The translations under genes and the position numbers were made by a program. This document shows, piece after piece, positions 1 through 9,424 of a stretch of 32,000 nt of DNA. The notes below the pieces were generated by a model. The model saw only the letters and a list, made by a program, of their open reading frames with translations, made no database searches and was not told where the DNA came from. How positions within the stretch are numbered: the first letter of the stretch is position 1; the number at the start of each line of letters is the position of its first letter. Source of the DNA: Vulcanisaeta distributa DSM 14429 (GTDB lineage Archaea > Thermoproteota > Thermoprotei > Thermoproteales > Thermocladiaceae); contig NC_014537.1 of NCBI RefSeq assembly GCF_000148385.1, positions 450,001 to 482,000 of the forward strand. Direction: 5' to 3'.

Positions 1-254
1 CATGATTATACCCTGCCGGTAACCCAGCATTCTTTCTTAATTTAATTATATTAACCTTAAACCTTAGGTTCTTTACTCAGTCTTTCAGAAACTACCTGTA
101 CTGTTGCATCGCTGGATGCATTGTCAACTATCGCTATTCTTACATTTAAATCGCCGGTATTGAGGTTCGTTAATGATTCAAGGACCTTATTGAAGAATTC
201 ACCTAGTTTAGTGACGCTATTATACGTGACCATTACAATACCAACATCGCACAT
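1..254 (-). pseudogene. Family-2 glycosyltransferase (GT2), N-terminal part, apparently frameshifted; continues past the window start
   Basis: ORF 57..254 has a GT2-type N-terminus (VGIVMVTYNS ... IAIVDNASSDAT) and then stops. Bases 1..56 read in the adjacent minus-strand frame give VNIIKLRKNAGLPAGYNH. That is the N-x-G...G-x-N stretch that normally follows in GT2 enzymes, so a frameshift near 57-70 is implied. Confidence 0.5.
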
Positions 255-284
255 ATCTAATCCCTACCTATACTGACATTTCTT

Positions 285-617
285 CTAATGACTGATTGAA
301 ACACACAAATCGCTCCTTAAATTACCGTTTAATTTAACGTACCTTAGCCATGTCCTACCATACCAAAGCTGCTGCCTAATAACATCCCTTAACGTGTGTG
401 GATAACAGCGCCTAACATTGGTATCGACTATAACAGGTTTTGTTCTTAACTTGCTTAATAGCTCCATATCTTCGCGAAAGCCGAGCATTGGGTTAAATGG
501 ATTTTTAAGCAGTAATTCTCTTAAGAAGCCGCATAAAACATGTTGACCCAGTGCTCAACCCCTTTCAAGAACAATAATGATAATACCATGATTATTTGAT
601 ATTGCATTCTTCTTCAT
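285..617 (-). pseudogene. GT2 glycosyltransferase remnant, C-terminal half only, with an in-frame TGA at 555..557
   Basis: ORF 285..488 encodes GFREDMELLSKLR ... RQQLWYGRTW, which resembles the ED-x-x-L and Q-x-x-RW-like C-terminal GT2 motifs. The same frame stays open upstream (ALGQHVLCGFLRELLLKNPFNP) as far as a TGA at 555..557. There is no room for the N-terminal DxD half before the neighbouring gene ends at 656. Confidence 0.4.
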
Positions 618-655
618 CTTTTCTTCATGCTTAACTTCTTTAATTCTTTATAAAT

Positions 656-1867
656 TCATAATTTGTTGATAACTTGTATGAAATTCTTTATGAATGATTC
701 CCATGAGTAGTGTCTATATGCTAGACTTCTTATCAGCTCCGATTTATAATTGTTAATATTTTCAACTATGTACGTTAAGGCTTTGAGGAATTCATAATAG
801 TCATCCTCGTTACTTACATATTCCGTTACAGCACCCAAGTACTTCACTTCCCTTAACTCTGGGTAATCAGTCAGTGTTGGGCTTACTACGGGCTTCCCAA
901 GGGCTAGCGCCTCCATTACCGCTACGCCTATTCCACCGTAGTAGCCTGGGGTTGCCATTAGGAAGTATGCATCGGATGCCTTTAATAGCTCTATGAAGGT
1001 TTTATGGGGCAAGAAACCATAAGCCACTATGCCTAATTCTCTGAATGCCTTAACCCAAGCCTCACCAAGCCCAGTGACCATTAGCATTAGTCTGATGTTG
1101 AGCACCCTCCTTAGGTCTTTCCATAGTCTCGCAATTAGGTGAGTACCCTTTAACGTGCTGAACTCCTCGCCAAAGACCCCGGTGTATGTTGTTAACACTA
1201 CTGCGTCTTCCGGTATGCCGTATTTTATTCTCAACTTCCTCTTCTCTTCCATGCTTGGTGGCTTTAATTCGTTGAAGTCCACGGCCATTGTCCTGACCAT
1301 GACTTCAGCGTCTACGCCTAGGGATTCCAGGTACTCCTTCTCTACCCTATTGATTACAAATATGGCGCCCTTAACCCTCTTCAGTAGCGTCTCCCTCCTT
1401 ATTTTCGAGAGTTCCTTAACGTCACTAATTAGGTCAGGTCTTAATGCGTTCCTTAGCATTGGTGGTCGTGAACCGTGGTGTTGGAGTATCATTGGGTAAT
1501 TTATGAGCCTCCTGATGATTAGTTCCGAGTTTAATGCCCTATACTCGTGGATGTAGGGTACCGCTTCATGCCTCTTAACTAAGTATTCCGTTAATTGGGC
1601 TAATGCTGGTGAGTACTCACTCCACTTCAATAGCCTCCTCGATGGTGATAGGTTGATTGTCGGTGTTAAAACAACGGGCACGTCCTCAATAATCTTAGTT
1701 AAATAGTCCTCAGAGCCGCTTGGCCTCATGGCTACTGCCTTAAACCCCCCATACCTTGTTAATGCCTTTGCTGCCCTGAAGTGCCAGCCCACATCATCCT
1801 CCTCGGCTAATGCGCCAGGCCTTATCGACGGTATTGAGTGGTGCAGCACGCTCACCACGTACCTCAT
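656..1867 (-). CDS. Glycosyltransferase, group 1 (GT4, GT-B fold)
   Basis: A 407-aa ORF (656..1879). The C-terminal region GYYGGIGVAVMEALALGKPVV is typical of the GT4 nucleotide-sugar binding segment. I prefer Met5 (1867) as the start because it gives an ATGA overlap with the upstream gene, as at the other junctions of this cluster. 1879 is the alternative start. Confidence 0.8.
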   Translation of the reverse strand: MRYVVSVLHHSIPSIRPGALAEEDDVGWHFRAAKALTRYGGFKAVAMRPSGSEDYLTKIIEDVPVVLTPTINLSPSRRLLKWSEYSPALAQLTEYLVKRHEAVPYIHEYRALNSELIIRRLINYPMILQHHGSRPPMLRNALRPDLISDVKELSKIRRETLLKRVKGAIFVINRVEKEYLESLGVDAEVMVRTMAVDFNELKPPSMEEKRKLRIKYGIPEDAVVLTTYTGVFGEEFSTLKGTHLIARLWKDLRRVLNIRLMLMVTGLGEAWVKAFRELGIVAYGFLPHKTFIELLKASDAYFLMATPGYYGGIGVAVMEALALGKPVVSPTLTDYPELREVKYLGAVTEYVSNEDDYYEFLKALTYIVENINNYKSELIRSLAYRHYSWESFIKNFIQVINKL

Positions 1868-2481
1868 AGGCCTAGGCACCTGAGCCCCTCCCTCAACGTT
1901 ACGAACCTCACGTTGAAGGCCTTGAGGTAGCCTATGGTTAGCTTTATCAACCAGCTGGGCTCATCGTGAAAGACCACCACGATTAATCTCGGCTTACTCA
2001 CCAGCACCTTCAGGGGGTATTTCACCAGGTGCCTAACCCCCATACCACCCACTGCATACCTCATCGGCCTCTCATTCCACCTATTGAACCTACCCATGAC
2101 CCTACCGTATATGAAGTATCTACTCGCCTCATTAGCGATATTCTCATTGAATGAGCCGTATGGGTAGGCTATACCAAACCCATCGCCATTCCTCAACACC
2201 TTCATTAAAGTTTCAATACTCCTAGCGAACTCCTCCCTCAATTCACTAGGGCTTACCGTTGTTAAATCCCTGTGGGTGTGGGTGTGGGAGCCGACCTCGT
2301 GGCCCATGTCGATTAATTCCTTAATCAGTTCGGTTCTTGTGATGATTAATTTTTTACCCATGTATTCGTTGAGTCCCGTGATTATGAAGAATGTGGCTGG
2401 TATGTCCATTCTGTACAGAGTCTTGGCGTACTCATAGTGTATTAGGTATCCATCATCAAAGTTAATTGAAATGCAGGTCAT
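1864..2481 (-). CDS. Polysaccharide deacetylase (NodB homology / CE4 family)
   Basis: A 205-aa ORF with FDDGY near the N-terminus and GHEVGSHTHTH, matching CE4 metal-binding motifs 1 and 2. It has 4-nt overlaps with both flanking GT genes. Confidence 0.85.
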   Translation of the reverse strand: MTCISINFDDGYLIHYEYAKTLYRMDIPATFFIITGLNEYMGKKLIITRTELIKELIDMGHEVGSHTHTHRDLTTVSPSELREEFARSIETLMKVLRNGDGFGIAYPYGSFNENIANEASRYFIYGRVMGRFNRWNERPMRYAVGGMGVRHLVKYPLKVLVSKPRLIVVVFHDEPSWLIKLTIGYLKAFNVRFVTLREGLRCLGL

Positions 2482-3647
2482 GAACCATTGATAGCCTTGG
2501 AATAAACCTTTAAGTAGCCCTTAACCATATTCTCCATACTAAACCTCTCGGAGACCTCAAGCGCCCTCTGTGAAAGCTTTCTGTACAGGTTTTCGTCTGT
2601 GAGTAGTTGAATTAGGGCGTCCGCGTACTCCCTTTCATTGAGGGTATTAACCATGAGCCCCGCGCCTGTCTCAGCAACTAGTTCATACGAGTATGTTGAT
2701 TTATGTGTAATGACGGGTTTACCCATTGCATAGGCCTCGGCAATCACTATTCCAAAGCCCTCGGCTAAGCTTGGGTGCGTGAGTACCATTGATTGGGCGA
2801 GTACCTTCATGGCCTCGGTCCTGGGTAATGAGCCGTGCATGATTACGTTGTTCTCGAGGTCGAGCTTGTTAACTAGGTCCTTAATGTCCCTGTATATTGG
2901 TCCATCACCAACAATGTGAAGCTTAGCCTTTGATAGCTCATTAACCACAAGCCTGAAGGCCCTTACTAACCACTTAACGCCCTTATACTCCATTAACCTG
3001 CCAATGAAGACCACCGAGTAATTCTCTACATGAGTAGTACTCTTTGCTATGTCTCTTAGCCAATTAATATTGACGCCATTATATACTACATGAACCTTCT
3101 TGAGAAGCCCATTCTTAGCCTTATCGTCTAGGCCTATTAATGAATCCCACAAGGCTGATTTAGAGGCAAACACAATATACTTAATGTCAGGTTTAGTAAT
3201 GATTTGCACTAGCCTGGCGGGTATTGAGTGCGTTAGGTCGAAGAGTATTGACCTGATCCTATCCTCGCCACCCATGAGTAGCCTAATTCTGCCTAGGAGT
3301 GGTGTACCGTGTACCGTGACTATTGTTGGTGCTATTTTCGAAATCCAGGGTAAATACCCTGTTACACCGCTTACATCGTGAATCACATCAGGCTTAAGTC
3401 CCTTTACTAGCTTAGTGATGCTATAGCTCCTTGTTATGTAGAACCAGATATCCTTAGGTGGTATAGCCGGCGATGTAAGAAAGTACTCGTTTAAGGATTG
3501 AGAATTATAATTAATCATGTGCTTCTTAGAAATTATGAAGACTTCATTACCGAATGTTTCAAGCCCCTTACTTAGTTCGTATGTGAATGTGCCAATACCA
3601 CCTCCTGAATATGGTGGATAATCAGTCGTTAATAAGACAATCCTCAT
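2478..3647 (-). CDS. Glycosyltransferase, group 1 (GT4)
   Basis: A 389-aa ORF. The N-terminus MRIVLLTTDYPPYSGGGIGTF and the motif EGFGIVIAEAYAMGKPVI (E-x7-E region) are classic GT4 signatures. Confidence 0.9.
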   Translation of the reverse strand: MRIVLLTTDYPPYSGGGIGTFTYELSKGLETFGNEVFIISKKHMINYNSQSLNEYFLTSPAIPPKDIWFYITRSYSITKLVKGLKPDVIHDVSGVTGYLPWISKIAPTIVTVHGTPLLGRIRLLMGGEDRIRSILFDLTHSIPARLVQIITKPDIKYIVFASKSALWDSLIGLDDKAKNGLLKKVHVVYNGVNINWLRDIAKSTTHVENYSVVFIGRLMEYKGVKWLVRAFRLVVNELSKAKLHIVGDGPIYRDIKDLVNKLDLENNVIMHGSLPRTEAMKVLAQSMVLTHPSLAEGFGIVIAEAYAMGKPVITHKSTYSYELVAETGAGLMVNTLNEREYADALIQLLTDENLYRKLSQRALEVSERFSMENMVKGYLKVYSKAINGS

Positions 3648-4831
3648 CGTGAATTTTCAATAAATCTTTCTAAGGCACGTATATTACCGGTACTTGAGAA
3701 TAACATTTCGTATGCATTCCCTATTTGCTTACTTAACTCTTCCTGTATTTTATCATTTTTAAATAATATCTTTATTTTATTCGTATAATCATCTAAATTA
3801 TCTGCTAATGATAGATTAAGATCAATAAATTTTACCAATTCAGGATATAACTCCAGGGCTGTCCTATTGAATATCATAGGTTTTCTAAAATAAATTGTCT
3901 CAAGAAATCTATTAGATACGCTCCTATTACTTATATATATAATTACCACTGATGCATTTCGATAAAGATATCTTATAAATTTATTCGATAAGCCTTTACC
4001 TATAAAAACTAAATTTTGAGGAAGCCTTCTTGCTAATTCGGGAAAAGCCCTCTGAAATTCATCTTTAGTACTTCCAAATACAATTATTGGTATCTCTGGA
4101 TTCCTCCGTGCTATACCATAAATAAGTAATGCATGCGGTACTGCTTCATACTTCTCTATATCAAAAGCCTTGATAAGTATCGTTGAAGCAAGTACATATC
4201 CCCCATACTTATTGATAATATTGTTAATTATTTCGTATGCCTTTTCATCTACTTCATTAATAGTATCTTTAGGAATACCTGGCGTAGGATATATCTTACT
4301 TCCTGGTATATGTGGTGCTATATATTTACCGACTTTATATGTATAGTGATCTTCATATATTATTGCATTAGAGGATATCATTTTTACGTAATTTACAAAA
4401 AGTGATGGCATAAACAATGCAAGGTCATAATATGATCCGTGCAATAAATTATCTATAAGTTTAAGCGCCCTTATAGACCAGAACCTGGTAATGAGTAATG
4501 CGCCAATAGATCTCTTAATATAATTATATATACTAATGCTTTGTTTCCATGGAATTCCGGATGTTAGTATAATAATATCTAACTCATTAATGCAACAGCT
4601 TAATGCTTTAATTAATGAGCTAGATCCATAATTTAATGGTATCTCAATAATATTTACTTTAGAATGCCCTCTATCAATTTCTACCCACATACTGTTCTTC
4701 CTAATATCTCTAATGAATGGATTTAATGCAATAGCATATGTATGGTAACCATGATAATTAAGTGTAGCTATCAATCCTAATTCATGCCTCGTGTAAAGGT
4801 CTAAGGCGCCTATTACGGCAATAGTCTTCAT
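3644..4831 (-). CDS. Hypothetical protein, possibly a divergent GT-B-like glycosyltransferase; AT-rich gene
   Basis: A 395-aa uninterrupted ORF chained by 4-nt overlaps on both sides. The C-terminal half (IIVFGSTKDEFQRAFPELARRLPQNLVFIGKGLS) resembles a Rossmann-like GT-B domain. I recognised no catalytic motif. The composition is markedly Ile/Asn/Lys/Tyr-rich. Confidence 0.6.
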   Translation of the reverse strand: MKTIAVIGALDLYTRHELGLIATLNYHGYHTYAIALNPFIRDIRKNSMWVEIDRGHSKVNIIEIPLNYGSSSLIKALSCCINELDIIILTSGIPWKQSISIYNYIKRSIGALLITRFWSIRALKLIDNLLHGSYYDLALFMPSLFVNYVKMISSNAIIYEDHYTYKVGKYIAPHIPGSKIYPTPGIPKDTINEVDEKAYEIINNIINKYGGYVLASTILIKAFDIEKYEAVPHALLIYGIARRNPEIPIIVFGSTKDEFQRAFPELARRLPQNLVFIGKGLSNKFIRYLYRNASVVIIYISNRSVSNRFLETIYFRKPMIFNRTALELYPELVKFIDLNLSLADNLDDYTNKIKILFKNDKIQEELSKQIGNAYEMLFSSTGNIRALERFIENSR

Positions 4832-6669
4832 GAGGGTTCAAGCAGTGTGGCGTAGTTGCTGTTGAATATGATGTTAGGGTTGTTTAATGGGTTATACACT
4901 ATTGTTGGCGGTATGCCTGGGCCTAAGGTTACGTAGTAGGCCTTGCTCAGTGTCCCATTGTAGACTACCACGTATACGTTCACGCTGCTTTCATTATATA
5001 TGAAGCGTATCATGGGCAATGCTTGGGCTATCACGTTAGTTGGATATGCGCCAACGCCGCCTAGGCTAGGCGTATACCACGGTAATGTACCCATTATCGG
5101 CGAATATACGTATAGTGGACCCGTGTTGCTGGGCAGTAGGTTGTTTAACAACAATGTGCATTCATACTCACTCCTGGTTAATGGGGGTACGTTGTAGTGG
5201 TGTATCTTGGCGTACTCAATGGGTGATATGCTTGGGTCGTATGAGGCTATGGGGACTATCGCCACCAGTAGCAGTATTAAGAGCATTAGAATAGCTTTAC
5301 TTTTATCCTTAAGCCTTGTTAAGGCAAGGCCCACTATCGGGAAGGTTAGGGGTATTGCGGTGTAGGCATTCACCGTTATTGGATATGTTGCCGTAAATAT
5401 CCTCTGCACGGCGGCTATCCCTGGTACAACAAGACCCACCACTAGGAGTGTCATTAACCACACGTTCTCCCTCCTCTTCCTAAACACGACATAAAGTAGG
5501 TACGATGCGGCTATTGAGAATGCCAGCGACCACGCATAGGCCAATACTGGGTTAGCCCCACTGTATAGGAAGTGGTATTGAACACCCTTAACCTTAGTTA
5601 TGCTTCTTACGAATAATCTAATTAATATTTGCCATATTGCCTGGTTTAAGCTATCCAACATTGGGTATACATACGTGAAGTAGCCCTGCGTGTATAGGAA
5701 GACCAGTAGGGTAACTACCGTATATACTGCGAATAGGAATAGTATTAGGCCTTTCCTAGCCGAGGTAGCCCCCTGGTGAATTGGCTTATATAGCCTCAGG
5801 GCCCTTAAGACATACCATGCCACTATGAATGAAATAGGCACCAGCAGCATTAGTAGGGCTGTGGTTAGTGAGAGCACGGCCAGTATGTAGCTCAGGGCGC
5901 TGATTACTGCGTTTTGCGCCGGTTCAAAGCCCTCTATAACGTTGATTAACGTCACCGTGGAGATTAGTACGAATAGGTTGGATAGCCATAGGTGTGGGTT
6001 GAGGGTTAATGCAGTCTCAGGGGTTACCCCTACGAAGAATGCCGCCAGCACGGATGCTGCCTTATTTTGCGTCAGCCTGAGCGTCAGCATGTATATGACC
6101 ATGTCGTAGACTATGGTGAATACCGCATACCAAATACCCCATACCAGTGACGAATACCAGGGTAGGTTAAGGACCTTAGCCATCATAACCACCTGAGCCA
6201 CCTGGGCTGGGAATGGGTTATAGGCCGGGTTGTAGGCGAAGCTGAAGCTCCAATGCCCAGCCATATACATATCCCTATACATCTCTATCCCCTCTCCCCA
6301 ACTAATGCCAGTGCTTGGCAATTGATCATTTAGCAGTATTATGTTAAGCATTATTACGGATGACAGGGCCTTGGAGATCATGGAGTCCGTTGGCTTAGAT
6401 GCAATCATTGGTATTATCGTTAATGCGGCTATTGCCGTTATGGCTACTTCGTAAATCATCGGGTAACCCGCCCTAATGGGCGTGGCTAAGTTAAGGAACA
6501 GCGTGACTAAGGCCAATACGTCGGCGGCTGTGAGCATCGCGTTGGCCGTCCCATGGCTCAAGGGTGGCTCACGGTCACCTTTATTATGTGTTAATATGAG
6601 CAGTGTCGTGAATAGTACCGTAAATAGGCCCGTTAATAGCAGTAACGCTGATGGGAAGCTTATACCCAC
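4828..6669 (-). CDS. Multi-pass integral membrane protein; candidate glycan polymerase or GT-C-like enzyme (function inferred from context only)
   Basis: A 613-aa ORF with a GTG start. It has many hydrophobic segments over roughly the first 480 aa, followed by a soluble C-terminal domain of about 130 aa containing the N-x-S/T sequons NES and NGT. It sits inside the GT cluster. Confidence 0.7.
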   Translation of the reverse strand: MGISFPSALLLLTGLFTVLFTTLLILTHNKGDREPPLSHGTANAMLTAADVLALVTLFLNLATPIRAGYPMIYEVAITAIAALTIIPMIASKPTDSMISKALSSVIMLNIILLNDQLPSTGISWGEGIEMYRDMYMAGHWSFSFAYNPAYNPFPAQVAQVVMMAKVLNLPWYSSLVWGIWYAVFTIVYDMVIYMLTLRLTQNKAASVLAAFFVGVTPETALTLNPHLWLSNLFVLISTVTLINVIEGFEPAQNAVISALSYILAVLSLTTALLMLLVPISFIVAWYVLRALRLYKPIHQGATSARKGLILFLFAVYTVVTLLVFLYTQGYFTYVYPMLDSLNQAIWQILIRLFVRSITKVKGVQYHFLYSGANPVLAYAWSLAFSIAASYLLYVVFRKRRENVWLMTLLVVGLVVPGIAAVQRIFTATYPITVNAYTAIPLTFPIVGLALTRLKDKSKAILMLLILLLVAIVPIASYDPSISPIEYAKIHHYNVPPLTRSEYECTLLLNNLLPSNTGPLYVYSPIMGTLPWYTPSLGGVGAYPTNVIAQALPMIRFIYNESSVNVYVVVYNGTLSKAYYVTLGPGIPPTIVYNPLNNPNIIFNSNYATLLEPS

Positions 6670-6816
6670 AGCCTTAACACCTCTTCAGCAACCTCGCCCC
6701 AGGTTGGGGTCTTTTCCTTCTTTAATAACTAAAGGTACTTTCCCATAATACCTATCATCAATTAACTTAATCATAGCCTCGTTAAGCTTAATCCTTCTGT
6801 AGATTCCGCTATCATG

Positions 6817-7947
6817 CTACTTAATGACCTCGTTATAATATTTAATCGTTAACTTAGCCACATCACTCCATCTAAGTAGCCTTTCCCTGACCTTTTTAGC
6901 CTTATCCACGTAATCTTTGTAATATTCACTATTTAGCATTTTAATCATAGCCTCTGCAATGCTGGTCTCGTTTAGTTCTGTTATTACTATATGTTCCATG
7001 CTAAGCCTCGGTATTGAACCAATGCCTGTCGCTATTAATGGTTTAAGCCTGGCGGCAGTTTCATTAGCGATTAATGGGTAACTCTCGCCAGCATGCCTCG
7101 ATGGTAAGATCACGGCCCTTGACGCGTCTATTAACGCTATTTTATCGTCCTCATTGATATATCCAAGCATTAAAACTAGGCCATTAAGTCTAAGTTTATC
7201 AATTAATTTACTTAAGTAACTAATATATTTACGGTCTCCTTTCCCAGCTAACACCAGTCTTATATTATCAAATTTATTAATAACATATTTAAAAGCTTTA
7301 ATAAGCATATCAATACCCTTAGTCCAATGAAGCCTACCAATGTAGGTAAATATCTCATCGGTGATCCCATATTTATTCCTAAAGGCCCAGGCCCTACTGG
7401 GCTCCTCTAAGTATTCATCATCAATGCCATGGGGAATAACCGCTGAATCCACACCATACCTACTCATCAATAATTCTCTTTCATAATTATTCGTAACGAA
7501 TAAAAGCCTTGACAATTTAATGAACCTTCTGGTTAAGTATACCTGGTACTTGAAACCTAGTGTTCTCATTAATAGCCTGTAGTGATTATGTAGATAATCC
7601 ACTGCAATGAGGTATGTAATGATAGGCTTACCGTATTCATAAGCCTTTCTCTCGATGATGTATGTAAATAAGCTATTTTGATTATACCCCTGAATTATAT
7701 CGGCATTCTTCAATAACTCATTAGGTACATTTATCGGTATAGAAATCTCACGGTAATTAGGTATGTGAATTATCGGTACTCTATGAACCCTCAATATGCC
7801 ATCACCCTTAAAGCCATCATTAATATTGCCAGTCAAGACGTAAACCTCATTACCAAACTTAGTCTGCCAAAGACCTAACCTATTCATTGTGACTTCAATA
7901 CCACCAACTACTGGAAAATAATTATGATGGATATGTATGATCCTCAT
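6817..7947 (-). CDS. Glycosyltransferase, group 1 (GT4); AT-rich gene
   Basis: A 376-aa ORF. The N-terminus MRIIHIHHNYFPVVGGIEV and the segment SRHAGESYPLIANETAARLKPLIAT fit the GT4 pattern. Confidence 0.85.
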   Translation of the reverse strand: MRIIHIHHNYFPVVGGIEVTMNRLGLWQTKFGNEVYVLTGNINDGFKGDGILRVHRVPIIHIPNYREISIPINVPNELLKNADIIQGYNQNSLFTYIIERKAYEYGKPIITYLIAVDYLHNHYRLLMRTLGFKYQVYLTRRFIKLSRLLFVTNNYERELLMSRYGVDSAVIPHGIDDEYLEEPSRAWAFRNKYGITDEIFTYIGRLHWTKGIDMLIKAFKYVINKFDNIRLVLAGKGDRKYISYLSKLIDKLRLNGLVLMLGYINEDDKIALIDASRAVILPSRHAGESYPLIANETAARLKPLIATGIGSIPRLSMEHIVITELNETSIAEAMIKMLNSEYYKDYVDKAKKVRERLLRWSDVAKLTIKYYNEVIK

Positions 7948-8156
7948 AATATCATCCTCCTCTCAATCTCAATACCCTTAAGATTATCAGGCACCTCATC
8001 CGGTGTACCGTGTCCATTCATGTAGGCTTTACTTGCTATAATGTTAAGCGTCTCCGGCCCAGTGTACCTTGCCACATCCATCCTATGCTTAATTAAGGCA
8101 TGCGTTGAGTACGCTACTTGGTAATCCAGCCTATTGCCGTGTGTATGGCTACGCAT
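7944..8156 (-). CDS. Small hypothetical ORF (70 aa, or 45 aa from the internal Met)
   Basis: The ORF ends in an ATGA overlap with the GT4 start at 7947. It overlaps the upstream ORF by 43 nt. No recognisable motif. Confidence 0.25.
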   Translation of the reverse strand: MRSHTHGNRLDYQVAYSTHALIKHRMDVARYTGPETLNIIASKAYMNGHGTPDEVPDNLKGIEIERRMIL

Positions 8157-8497
8157 GGCTCACCCGTGGCTGTTATGAAGCCATCAGCGATCATTACTGC
8201 CATGGGCTCTATATAGACGTCGAACACCCTCCCATCAACCCTAACCACAGCGTGGGCCAATTCAACCAATTTGAAGGAGGCGGGCCTGTAGGGCACGTTA
8301 TCACCGCATAGGCCAACCACCTGCTGTGGCTGTTTACTAAACCTAGCCCCCACGTCAATGAGGGCCGTTATTTCGTAGCCCTCGCCAACCCTAGCTGCCT
8401 TAACGCCAACTATCCTATACCTAATAGTCACGTAATCCTCAACCTCAATTAGGCCTGGCTGGCTGTCTAGGATCTCTACATCAAGTGGCGTTACCAT
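8114..8497 (-). CDS. Hypothetical protein, predicted beta-rich
   Basis: Track ORF 8114..8539. I prefer Met15 (MVTPLDVEILD) as the start, which overlaps the upstream ORF stop by 17 nt. No family recognised. Confidence 0.45.
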   Translation of the reverse strand: MVTPLDVEILDSQPGLIEVEDYVTIRYRIVGVKAARVGEGYEITALIDVGARFSKQPQQVVGLCGDNVPYRPASFKLVELAHAVVRVDGRVFDVYIEPMAVMIADGFITATGEPCVAIHTAIGWITK

Positions 8498-8780
8498 AAA
8501 CCCCCACTTTAACCCTCCTAAACACGTTAACAACCTCACCGCGGTCGCTCACCCACCTCTTAACCTCAAGGTCGACACCCCATACGCCGTTATCGTCTGC
8601 GAATATTGCGAAGTTACCAACACCCTCAATAACGTACTTAACCTCACCATCCCTAAACCTAATAGACACAACCTCAACCGAGGCGTCATAATAAGCCCTA
8701 GCAACCGCCACCACAGGGGCCTGTGACCCAGAGTTAGTCACGACATTTGACTGTACATTACTCACCCACACACCCACCAC
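8481..8780 (-). CDS. Hypothetical protein (99 aa)
   Basis: GTG start at 8780, preceded by a GGAGGG Shine-Dalgarno-like motif (plus-strand ccctcc at 8785..8790). No family recognised. Confidence 0.45.
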   Translation of the reverse strand: MVGVWVSNVQSNVVTNSGSQAPVVAVARAYYDASVEVVSIRFRDGEVKYVIEGVGNFAIFADDNGVWGVDLEVKRWVSDRGEVVNVFRRVKVGVYGNAT

Positions 8781-8822
8781 TATACCCTCCAGTTAATTAA
8801 ACCTATCTAACATTACAAGCCC

Positions 8823-9377
8823 CTAACCAAGCACCCTCTTTAATTCACTCAACGCCTCCTCCAGATCACTACCCCACTTTACTCTAGTTTTTACCTCCTC
8901 TATTCTTCTTGTTAATTCCTTGATTAGTTCCATTGCTGCTTTTGCTGCTTCTTCCCTGTTTCTGAACTTTGATAACGCCATGTCTGGGTCTGGCCCGTTG
9001 TATTGGTAGTCGTGTAGGTCTAGGGCAGCGCTTGTGGTGAAGTATAACCCAACATACCCAACCTCCTCAAGCATCTGCGACAATGCTACCATTCTGGTGG
9101 TTGGAACCCTGGGAACAGCCTTATCCATTAACCACCTACGCTCCTCCTCAGTCTTAGCAACCTTAAGAAGATTATTGAGTTCAAGCCTTAGTAAAGCCGC
9201 CAAAAACGCCCTCCAAGCCTGAAAAGCCTTACCAGCCGCATTTCTAACCAAGCCCTCACTGAGGAACCTAATGGCTAGGTATGCCTCAACAAGTGCTTCG
9301 AGTAACCTGGCGCTCACGTAGTCCTCCGTGGTGAGTTTCGGCAGTGGTTTCTCGATTGTCTCGGTGCTCATACCCAC
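8823..9377 (-). CDS. PaREP1-family protein (intact copy)
   Basis: A 184-aa ORF. The N-terminal helix pattern FLSEGLVRNAAGKAFQAWRAFLAALL and the later LDLHDYQYNGPDPD match my recollection of the archaeal PaREP1/PaREP8 family (PF05942). A TATA-like CTTTTAAA lies about 22-29 nt upstream (plus strand 9399..9406). Confidence 0.8.
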   Translation of the reverse strand: MGMSTETIEKPLPKLTTEDYVSARLLEALVEAYLAIRFLSEGLVRNAAGKAFQAWRAFLAALLRLELNNLLKVAKTEEERRWLMDKAVPRVPTTRMVALSQMLEEVGYVGLYFTTSAALDLHDYQYNGPDPDMALSKFRNREEAAKAAMELIKELTRRIEEVKTRVKWGSDLEEALSELKRVLG

Positions 9378-9424
9378 CTAGTTGCTGGGCCTGGGTTTAA
9401 AAGCGCTCAATGCTCTGCTGGGCT

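Noticed and set aside
6670-6816. A short minus-strand reading frame in the gap between the GT4 gene and the membrane protein (MIKLIDDRYYGKVPLVIKEGKDPNLG…).
   Set aside because: It is only about 28 codons before a stop. A frameshifted continuation is possible, but it is too short to assign to any family. I treat it as intergenic or a remnant.
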